A DNA stretch of 43,702 bases, counting the filler, from Jimgerdemannia flammicorona (lineage: Eukaryota), in the NCBI GenBank assembly GCA_003990765.1. It is 2 parts of 2 records of this genome, joined end to end, with 100 filler letters (N's around TTAATTAATTAA, not from the genome) between each part and the next. Parts side by side here need not be neighbours in the genome. Positions count along the whole stretch, not along the records: positions 21,904 to 43,702 come from RBNJ01001393.1; 1 more part is not named here. The stretch is one strand, 5' to 3'. Shown here piece by piece: positions 22,576 through 31,931 of this stretch. The notes beneath the pieces are model-generated. The model worked only from the letters and a program-made list of their open reading frames with translations, made no database searches and was not told the origin of the DNA. The position numbers were made by a program, and so were the translations under genes. Position 1 is the stretch's first letter. Every line of letters begins with the position of its first letter.

Positions 22576-24054
22576 CTATTGATAACGATATCGGGAACCA
22601 GGCCAGAGGCAAACGGCAGGATACACCTTCTCGGGAAGATCGCGCCATGCAATACCGTAATTGCGTCCATTGATCAAGAGCGAACAGGTGTGACTTGTCC
22701 CATCCATGTCCAGATGGAAAGTGACAACATCTCCAGGGTTGAGAGCTTGGCCGTACCTATCCATAGATCCTCCAGTTGTCCCTGGGAATATTTGAGCTAC
22801 ATTTGAATCCCATGTATGAAAAATCCACCGAGAAGTATCCGGCTCCATCATCCAGTTTGAGTTATATTTGTTGTAATTCTGCGAAACCAATCCCACATCG
22901 TTCACTGGTTTCTTGGAGAATGGATGTATCCCGATGGATTCAATGACAATGTTCCATTCACATGGCACTGTAAGAGGTGCAGCAGTGCTCGCCATCAGGC
23001 AACTCTCGGTATTGAATTCAACGACTGCACCGTTGTCCGACACGATAATATCGGCTCCGAGCCGCCATTTAACGCACGCCGGCATTGGTAATACCGGCGG
23101 CGGCGGCGGCCTCCCGCGCACCTTCGGCGGATGTCCGGTAGGGCACTGGACGTTTGCGCAAGCGTACTCGGAAAGGGCCGCGTAATGCGGCGACGTGTCG
23201 GTGAGCGCATCAACAGCATCCATCATGAACTTCAAGCGGTGCGGGCAGATAAGGGGAAGCTTCACGTGATGCCACATTTTGAGGAGCGACCTCCGTGTGA
23301 TGTCGTTCGCGAGGCTGACACGTGTATTCTCGCTTGGATCACCGTATGGCTCTGTTGGAAACTCGAGCCGTCTCAAACGTGCGTGGCGCTCGACGTCGCA
23401 TGGCACGTTTTCGCCGCGGGACCACGCCCAGTCGACGACGCATAGCAAGAGTTTGTACTCATTAGTATTAAAGGGGGCCTCAGGAGACTTGGTCCATGTG
23501 AGGAGAAACTCGAGCACCCCATCAGAAAGGCCGTTCAGCTCTCCGACCTCAAGAGTGCGCTTGCAGAATGGATCGAGGAGAATGTTGTACAGATCCGCGT
23601 TCGAGGTATCGTTGGGGGAGATCAAATTGAAGGCCCTTTCAAGTAGCGCCCTGGCGTCAGTTAGATTCCGGCTCTCCCAGTCAGCCTTTTTCAGGACGAG
23701 CTTCTTGAGCTTGGGGAGATGGAGGAGGGTCGCGGCATGGTAGGCCTCGACGGCCTCTGAAGGCGAAAGCAAGTTATCGCCAGTGGTCTCGGTATGGATA
23801 TAGCGGAGGACGACGCAGAGGCCTGACGATTTGACGGCATCGAGTTTAATCTTGCTAGGGGGAACGCGGCCTTCTCCGTAGATCATGCGCTTGAGGACGG
23901 ACGACCGCGAAGCGAGGAAGGAGCGGCAGGCGGTGGTCTCAGAGTTGTCGGCGCAGACGATGGTTAGGTCATGGTAGATTGGGTCTGTGAGGAGAGTGAC
24001 GACGTCGCCTTGCAGGCTGAGACCACTTTCGGGCTGGGTGGTGGTGGAAGTCAT
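22576..24054 (-). CDS. BTB/POZ - BACK-like - SPRY(B30.2) domain protein, paralog 1 (putative cullin-3 substrate adaptor), 492 aa
   Basis: BTB: DLTIVC..TACRSFLASRSSVLKRMIYG..LRYIHT. BACK-like: EYKLLLCVVDW. Poly-Pro linker. SPRY: GDVVTFHLDMD..LINGRNYGIAWRDLPEKVYPAVCL. Intact single ORF. Confidence 0.88.
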   Translation of the reverse strand: MTSTTTQPESGLSLQGDVVTLLTDPIYHDLTIVCADNSETTACRSFLASRSSVLKRMIYGEGRVPPSKIKLDAVKSSGLCVVLRYIHTETTGDNLLSPSEAVEAYHAATLLHLPKLKKLVLKKADWESRNLTDARALLERAFNLISPNDTSNADLYNILLDPFCKRTLEVGELNGLSDGVLEFLLTWTKSPEAPFNTNEYKLLLCVVDWAWSRGENVPCDVERHARLRRLEFPTEPYGDPSENTRVSLANDITRRSLLKMWHHVKLPLICPHRLKFMMDAVDALTDTSPHYAALSEYACANVQCPTGHPPKVRGRPPPPPVLPMPACVKWRLGADIIVSDNGAVVEFNTESCLMASTAAPLTVPCEWNIVIESIGIHPFSKKPVNDVGLVSQNYNKYNSNWMMEPDTSRWIFHTWDSNVAQIFPGTTGGSMDRYGQALNPGDVVTFHLDMDGTSHTCSLLINGRNYGIAWRDLPEKVYPAVCLWPGSRYRYQ

Positions 24055-24439
24055 GGTTAAGTGATAATATAGAGAGAGGTTGACAAATTGCCAATGACAA
24101 TTTCCACGTGATTATCTGTTATGGTCGCACTGCAATGTGTCTCGTCAACAAGTAAAGGGTTATATGTTTTCATTCTAATCCCACTTGTCTATTGCAGGCT
24201 GTTTGTCTCTGTATGTATTTACAAAAGACTAACATGTTTAAACCAAGTAACTGCACGGCAGACATTGGACTTGCACAATTCAAACGCAATGAAGACAATT
24301 CTGCAATCTCCAAATGCACAGTTTCACAAAATCCACCATACCCAATATTATCGACAAACCATTCCCCTCCTTCTCTGCAACCTGAACCCATGTCCACTCC
24401 CATGCCACCAAGATATCGCATACGAGGCCAGACATTTAT

Positions 24440-24483
<44 letters not shown>

Positions 24484-24526
24484 CAACACGACTACTTCAA
24501 TTCCGGAACTGGTATATACACGAATT

Positions 24527-24666
24527 GTTAATCGCCAGACCGGCAAGGATGCGGTTTAGTCTTTTAGAGCGATATTTCGGGAACTGGTACGCTAATGCAA
24601 ACAGATCGCTCGCCACATCGTTAATCGCCAGACTGGCAAGGATGCGGTTTAATTTTTTAGAGCGAT
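24527..24666 (+). repeat. 47-bp direct repeat, two copies (24527-24573 and 24620-24666)
   Basis: GTTAATCGCCAGACYGGCAAGGATGCGGTTTARTYTTTTAGAGCGAT, with 3 mismatches. Confidence 0.85.
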
Positions 24667-24823
24667 GTGTTCAACCACACCTTTTTCTTTAAGGTAGATA
24701 AACCGACATCATCGACGAGCATTCCGCAGAGTATTTGTCTTCAAGACAAAAGGGGGCATATAAGAGTACGATCGAACGGGAGTGATACGTGTTCTCGTAC
24801 GTGGTGCCTTTTGCCTTCTAACA

Positions 24824-24970
24824 ATCGCCTTTTGGCAAATCGTCGCCTTTTGGCAATCGTCGCCTTTGGAAAATCGTCGCCCTTCGTCACCCTTTGGCAA
24901 ATTATCGCCTTTTAGCAAATCATTGTCTTGGAATTGTCGCCATTTGCCAAAAAGAGGAAGATTTGCCAAT
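24824..24970. repeat. Array of ~17-18-bp TCGCCTTTTGGCAAATCG units followed by inverted partial units
   Basis: About five degenerate direct units at 24824-24920, then ATTTGCCAA twice (24942, 24961) in the opposite orientation. Confidence 0.7.
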
Positions 24971-25741
24971 CTGTCGAGACTTTGAAAGGCAATCTTGAGA
25001 CGTCGCAGTGTCCCGTACGAGGCCGAGACAGAACGAGACGGGACAAGTCCCGTTCCGTTCGGAGCACTAATTTTCCCATGGAATCTCGTCGCTCCTTTGA
25101 GTCGCCTTTCTTGGGCCGGATTTCGCAGGTCTTCTGATGTATTTATATATATATGTGTATATTAATGACGATATTTCACTAGAGAGTTGACTTAAGTGTA
25201 TCAAAATTGTTGAGATGTTTATTCATTATTTCGAAAGCTAATTATCTAGTGGCATCAGCAGCATGGCATGTCATAATTGGTTGTAAATCCCATATTATTA
25301 CGGGACATGCGATACCGGGAAAAAAAAAAAAAAAAAAAAGCATTGCGCGACGTAAACAAGCAACGGAGCGTTGGGCCAGATAAACAAAAGGAGCGAAGAG
25401 AAGAAACAACGGCACTGATGACCACAAGGACGTGCACATTGGTCATAATAGTCATTATTGGGCAGAAATTCTTGAGAGGTAATCCAATATAACCAACGAC
25501 TGTGATGTAAAATATCAATTTCGGGAGGTTGTCACCAAAGTGCGTGCGCACCTTCCTGAATTTTATTTTCCAGGAAAAAGAACAAAATTAATGGATATGT
25601 AGCTATCTTATATTACAGATATATCTTGATAGAAAAACGCTGTCGTACATAAAGATGGACTATTGCACTATCTGCAAAGGCAAGTTGCCCCACGTTACAG
25701 TATGAATTTGGTATTATCACAGACTGAATTCCTGTGACCGA

Positions 25742-27232
25742 TCATATGGCATCGGATTTCAATTGATATCGATATCGGGCACCAGGCCAGAGGTAAACGG
25801 CAGGATACACCTTGTCGGGAAGATCGCGCCATGCAACACCGTAATTGTATCCATTGATCGAGAGCGAACAGGTGCGACTGGTTCCATCCATGTCCAGGTG
25901 GAAAGTGACAACATCTCCAGGATTGAGAGCTTGGCCGTACCCAACTTTTAATTCTCCGGTTGTCCCTGGGAATATATGAGCTATTTCTGAACCTCGTGTA
26001 CAAAAAACCCACAAAGAAACTGTCTCTGACGTCCAGTACGAGTGAAATTCGTTGTAATACTGCGAAATCAATCCCAAGTTGTTCACTGATTCCTCGGAGA
26101 ATGGATGTATCCCGGTTGCTTCAATCACAATGTTCCATTCACATGACACTGTAAGAGGTGCGACGATGCTCGCCAGCAGGCAGCTTTCGGTATTGAGTGA
26201 AACGACTGCACCGTTGTCCGACACGATAATATCGGCTCCGAGCCGCCATTTAACGCACGGCGGCGGCGGCGGCGGTGGCGGTGGTGTCTGTGGCTTCCCA
26301 CGCATCTTCGACGGATGTCCAGCAGGGCACTGGACGCTCGCGCAAGCGTGCTCGTAAAAGGCCGCGTAATGCGGTGACGTGTCCGTGAGCGCATCAACGG
26401 CATCCATCATGAACTTCAAGCGATGCGGGCAGATAAGGGCGAGCTTCAAGTGGTGCCACATTTTGAGGAGTGACTCCCGCGTGCCGTCGTTCACGAGGCT
26501 GACACGCATGTCCTCGCTTGGATCACCGTATGGCTCTGTCGGTAACTCGAGCCGTTTCAAACGCGCATGGCGTTCGACGTCGCATGGCACGTTTTCGCCG
26601 CGGGACCACGCCCAGTCGATGACGCATAGCAAGAGTTTGTGTTCGTCAGTGTTAAAGGATGCCTCAGGAGACTTGGTCCGTGTGAGGAGAAGCTCCAGCA
26701 CCCCGTCAGAAAGACCGTTCAGTTCTCCGGCCTCAAGGGTGCGCTTGCAGAATGGATCGAGTAGGATGTCGTACAGATCTGCGTTTGAGACATCGTTGGG
26801 GGAGATCAAATCGAAGGCCCTTTCAAGCAGTGCCCTGGAGTCAGTCAGATTCCGGCTCTCCCAGTCAGCCTTTTCCAAGACGAGCTTCTTAAGTTTTGGG
26901 AGATGGAAGAGGATCGCAGCATGGTAGGCCTCGACGGCCTCTGAAGGCGAAAGCAAGTTATCGCCAGTGGTCTCGGTATGGATATAGTGGAGTGCGACGC
27001 AGAGACCTGGCGATTTTATGGCATCGAGTTTAATCTTATCAGTTGGAACGCGGCCTTCTCCGTAGATCATGCGCTTGAGGACGGACGATCGCGAAGCGAG
27101 GAAGGCGCGGCAGACGGTGGTCTCAAAGTTGTCGGTGCAGACGATGGTTAGGTCATGGTAGATTGGGTCTGTGAGGAGAGTGACGACGTCGTCTTGCAGG
27201 CTGAGACCACTTTCGGGTTGAATGGTAGTCAT
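25742..27232 (-). CDS. BTB/POZ - BACK-like - SPRY(B30.2) domain protein, paralog 2, 496 aa
   Basis: Intact ORF colinear with paralog 1 and carrying the same BTB, BACK-like and SPRY motifs. Confidence 0.88.
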   Translation of the reverse strand: MTTIQPESGLSLQDDVVTLLTDPIYHDLTIVCTDNFETTVCRAFLASRSSVLKRMIYGEGRVPTDKIKLDAIKSPGLCVALHYIHTETTGDNLLSPSEAVEAYHAAILFHLPKLKKLVLEKADWESRNLTDSRALLERAFDLISPNDVSNADLYDILLDPFCKRTLEAGELNGLSDGVLELLLTRTKSPEASFNTDEHKLLLCVIDWAWSRGENVPCDVERHARLKRLELPTEPYGDPSEDMRVSLVNDGTRESLLKMWHHLKLALICPHRLKFMMDAVDALTDTSPHYAAFYEHACASVQCPAGHPSKMRGKPQTPPPPPPPPPCVKWRLGADIIVSDNGAVVSLNTESCLLASIVAPLTVSCEWNIVIEATGIHPFSEESVNNLGLISQYYNEFHSYWTSETVSLWVFCTRGSEIAHIFPGTTGELKVGYGQALNPGDVVTFHLDMDGTSRTCSLSINGYNYGVAWRDLPDKVYPAVYLWPGARYRYQLKSDAI

Positions 27233-28060
27233 GGGTAAGTATAAAGAGAGATTGACAAATTGCCGATGACGTTTTCACGTGATAATCCATGCAAAGGGTT
27301 ATATATTTTCTTTCGTTATTTATCATAAAATCGCGTCTCATAGAGTATACTTGGTGTACACATATATATATATATACTTAAATTATGACGCAAGTATTCA
27401 ATGAATGGTACCAGGATTTTGTGATGGCAGGCTGCATGGCTCAGCATGTACAAAAGGCTAACATGTTTGACCCAAGTGACTGTGCGGCATACATTGGACT
27501 TAACACAATGAAGGCAATTCTGCAATCCACCATACCAACCGACACCAACAATCTCAAAACAGATCCATTCAATATAATGTGTTATGACATAACAAGGGTG
27601 GCTACAGATGTAATTAATAATTAATGATTAGCTGAAATAATTATCTGCAGAATGGTCTCTTAAAACTTTATAGTATCTTGAAAAAGATTTTGCAGTATAG
27701 GCTTGTCTGCTGGCTATCCACGGGTGTATGTGGTATGTGAGATGTCTTGTTGGCTTGATCATACCAGATATTATACAACAGAACCTGTAAGTAATCTCTT
27801 TATAGATATATAAATAGTGTTGACATTATAGTAGCTTTTATACTATAAGCACTTCTTCTTATAGATTACTAGTGTCCTTTTATATGATAGCTCTGCCTTG
27901 TCATACTTGATCTAGCTAAAGTAGAGCCCAGTTTGTCTGGCTATTCAGAGTATTGCTATATCTGGGTGCTCTTATCTCAATACCTTCTCATAGATCATCA
28001 GCACCTATTTGTATAGTGACTTAAATCTAATCATAATGTCAGAATAGCAGTTCTGATCTC

Positions 28061-29681
28061 TTTTTTTTTTTTTTTTTTTTTTGTTTTTGTTTTATGGACT
28101 CAGAGTCCTGCAGATTTTTATTGAAAGAGAACCTAGACTATATAGACCAAAACTCTCTCTCACTATCTATCAAGCACTACCCCCTTATTAATCTAGACTA
28201 GCTATTGTCCAGTAGCTCAACCATACTAGGTGCAGCAGGGCCTATATTGACCTATACCTCATTCTGTGCACCATGCTCTTTCTATCACCAGGGAGAATGC
28301 AGCCATATGCCAATGACTGAAAGTGTATGCCAAAGACCTCAATATATATGTATATAAGGCTATGTCCAAACTGAATAGAATAGCCCCTGCTATCTCAAAA
28401 AGAATGATAGATAAATAAAAAACTCTCATCAAAGTACATTATGGTAGATAGGGCCTATTTCTCCCAAATGAGATGAGTAGAGAAATTACATATAAGGTGG
28501 GAGGAGACCCCTATATGGTCTCTTTCTCCACTATCTTACCAGTTATAATGATTTGGTAGGCAACCTTCTGAGTCTACTTTCTATAATTATTATCCCCTCT
28601 ATCTCAGATTGATTTGCTGTATCTGTTGCAGAGTAGTGGAAGAGAGGCAATAGTGATGAGTTGTCCTTTTATTGGTGTCAGATTAGTGTCTTCACTTTTT
28701 TTGCAGTTTCTGATACCTTTGGCTATATCTGGAGTACATTTATTTTAGTGTGTTATCTTCTTCTTTTTGCCATTACCAACAAGGTACTGTCTCAGTATAT
28801 CATGGGTTATATAGAGAGTTGGCTGACCTTGAGTGTCAAGTGCTCAGTATAGGTTACCTACAGGTCCTTGGTATCTGTGGTGGAGCTCTTTAGCTTTGGT
28901 GAGCTTCTCAGTGAGCATGGTTCTGGTATAGGTGACTGCTTTTTGGGTGGTGTCAGGATGGGAGGGGAGATGACCATTACAGATAAAAGAAAGGGTGATA
29001 ATGATGAACCAGTAGAGTACCAGGCTGGGAGCAGTTGTCAGGGCTGGGGTGGGTACTACTTCAGTGGGGCCTTTTGATTGGTACAGAGTGGTTAGGTGGT
29101 AGGTATTACTCTTAGCTACTTTTGACAATTTGACAGATTGGACTCTAGTTATTGGGGGAGATCAGGGGGCCTAAGGCTACCCATTTCAGGCATCTTGACT
29201 ACACTCAACTAGAACTGAGAGCTGATATAGTAATGTGATCGAGACCTGCAGACTTAAGTAGTGGAGTATTGGGGGTCTCCTCCTGTCTTATGTGTAAGTC
29301 CTTTACTCACCTCAACTGGGAGAACCAGACCCTACCCACCATGATGTACTTTGATGAGAGTTTTTCTTTACCTATTATTCTCTTTGAGATGACAGGAGCT
29401 ATTCTATTTAGCTTGAGCATGGCCTTGTATATATATTAGGGTCTTGGGAATGTACTTTCAGTCATGGACATATGGCTGAATTCCCCCTAATAGTAGAGAG
29501 AGTATGGTATACAGATTGAGGTGTGGGCCAATATAGGTCCTACTGCATCTAGCATGGTTGAGCTGCTGGATAATAGCTAGTTTAAGTTAATAAGGAGGCA
29601 GTGCTTGATGGGTGGTGGGGGAGAGTTTTGGCCTATATAGTCTGGGTTCTCTTTCAATAAAAATTCATGAGATATTGAGTC

Positions 29682-29727
<46 letters not shown>

Positions 29728-30496
29728 TGAAGACCCCCAATACTCCACTACTCAAGCCTGCAGACCTCAATTACATTGCTATATCAGCTCCCAGTTCTAG
29801 TTGAGTATAGCTAAGATATCTGAAATGGGTAGCCTTGGGCCCTCTGATCCCTCTCAATAATTGGAACCCAATCCCACGTATTACCAAAAGAAGCTGAGAG
29901 TGATATCTATTATCTAACTGCTCTGTACCAATCAAAAGACCCCACTGAAGCAGTACTTGCCTCAGCCCTGATGACTGCCTCCAGCCTAGCACTCTACTGG
30001 TTTATCATAATCACTCTTCCTCCTATCTATGATGGCCATCTCTCCTCTCATTCTGATAATACCCAAAAAACAGTTACCTATACCAGAACTATGCTTGCCA
30101 GAAAGCTTTCCAAAGTCAGAGGGCCCCACTATAGATACTGAGGATCTACAGGTAATCTATACTGGGTACTTGATGCTCAAGGTTGGCTGATTTCCTATAT
30201 AACCCATAATGTACTAAGACAACATCTTATTGATAATAATAAAAGGAAGAAAGTGCTGCACCAAAATGAGTATACTCCAGATGCAGCTGAAGATATCAGA
30301 ATCTGTAAAAAAGTAGAGAAGACACTGATCAGATACTAATAAAAGAGCAACTCATCACTATTGCCCTCCTCTCACTATACCCCTATAGGCACAGCAAACT
30401 AATCTAAGGTAGAGAGGGTAATAATAGGAGAAAGGAGACTTAGAAGATTGTCTACCAAACCTTGTGACCAGTAAGATAGTAGAGAAAGGAGCTGAT
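28061..30496 (-). mobile_element. SINE-like retroposon copy C (minus strand), split into 28061-28511 and ~29731-30493 by nested copy D
   Basis: Poly(T) at 28061-28082. The two halves are contiguous in the family sequence at AGACCCC. 14-bp TSD GCAGTTCTGATCTC (28047-28060) / GCAGTTCTAATCTC (30497-30510). Confidence 0.88.
28519..29724 (+). mobile_element. SINE-like retroposon copy D, full length, nested antisense in copy C
   Basis: Colinear with 294-1480. A39 tail at 29686-29724. Degenerate ~13-bp TSD GGGAGGAGACCCC / GAGTGAAGACCCC. Confidence 0.88.
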
Positions 30497-31473
30497 GCAG
30501 TTCTAATCTCAGTAAAGATACTTATAGTATATAGAGATTTGATAAAATAGGGAGTTTTTTTTCATCAAAATAAGGTTATTGATAATATCACAGTATCAAA
30601 TAAGCTATAGATGAGATATCAAATCCCTGATAGGAGCAGTAGATAGTATAAATATTTTTATGCAAATTGTAAGTATAGAATATAATAATTAATAATATAA
30701 CATATATATAGGACTTTATATTAATCAGTAGTACTAATGAAACTTTTTCAAAAAGGCTAATCTAATTTATAATAGAATTCTGTATATTATAATTTACTTT
30801 ATATTTTCATTTTCAGTTATATAATATAATATCAAATATGAATTTTTTATATATTTATGCAGATAATAGTAATAGTAACTTATTTGCTAAAATATAACTA
30901 TAATATATACATCAACTATATAGACAATGTGCTATCAAGATTTTCACTATTAACAATATACTTCAACCTTATATATATACTTAAAATACTTAAAATAAAT
31001 CAATCAAAATATCACTGTAGCAATAACCTCAATTTTATTTATAATAACAGATACCTCCAATCAACTATAAAGTTTGCTCTAAAAGGACCACCCAGTTTAT
31101 ACTTAATAAAGTCCATAAAGGGGACCATAATATAATATTAATAGAAGATATATATATAATAGATAACTGATATCAGATAAATAAATAAAGTATAATGAGA
31201 TATTGATATATTATCAAAGAAGTATACTATATATGAATAGAAAAAACAAAACAGAATTCTATAACAGAACTTCTATTATTAATATACAAAATAAGTTTTC
31301 TAATATAATATTATTTACCTATTGATTACTATAAATAATCTAATTTTAGTTATATAATATAAAGTAGTAAAGAAGTTATTAAACTTCTTAATGAAACTAT
31401 TTCTATTGTTAGTCTATAGAATATAGTTAATAGAGTTAATAATCTATAATATAGAGATAATATAAATTAAGAC

Positions 31474-31931
31474 TATAATAGTTCTAGTTTCTTTAAGAGG
31501 AAGTGGCTAAGTTCTAGTAATTCTGATAGACCTAAAGTAGCTTGAAGAGATACTTATAGATTCAAGTACATATTATTAAAGAAATTCTGGAAGAAAATAT
31601 TCTGAGCTTTATTTAAGTAGAAAACAAGAATATTTATACAGGATCTGAAAGAAAAATCTGAAAAGATCTTGGAAAAAAAGAGAAAAGCTAAGAAATAGAT
31701 TCTCAGCAAAGATGACTAATAGAATTCTTCAATGTTTTAAAGGTTCTATGACTAGCTAAGATAAGATACTTAGTACTGAGAAAAGATAAGAATATTCTAG
31801 TAATATCTTAGTACCAAGAAAAGACTTATAAATATTCAGAAGATACTAAAATATAGTAGAATATTAAAAAAAGACTAGCAAAAAGATATAAAAAAGTACT
31901 AAGACTCAGATATAACTATGAAACTGTTATA
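31474..31931 (-). repeat. 3' LTR of the chromovirus (~458 bp)
   Basis: Colinear with 37115-37579. Termini TATAAT...GTTATA are interpretable as mutated TG...CA. Confidence 0.9.

Larger units (their letters stand above)
21914..27530. repeat. Direct tandem duplication of ~2.4 kb (units ~21914-24330 and ~25079-27530), each carrying a BTB-SPRY gene
   Basis: Flanks align as well as the genes: TGGAATCTCGT at ~21914/25079, GAGATGTTTATTCA...AAAGCTAATTA at ~22100/25210, ACATTGGACTT...CAATGAAG at ~24262/27491. Confidence 0.9.

Noticed and set aside
24527..24666. 47-bp repeats with a 46-bp spacer resembling a mini CRISPR array
   Set aside because: Only two imperfect units, eukaryotic context, and no cas genes.
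24192..24692. 166-aa ORF with poly-Lys (similar ones at 25277, 29612, 38983)
   Set aside because: The Lys/Phe runs are translations of homopolymer tracts in non-coding DNA.
27580..28046. Possible solo LTR starting at the palindrome TGTTATGACATAACA
   Set aside because: No second copy, matching end or TSD found in the window.
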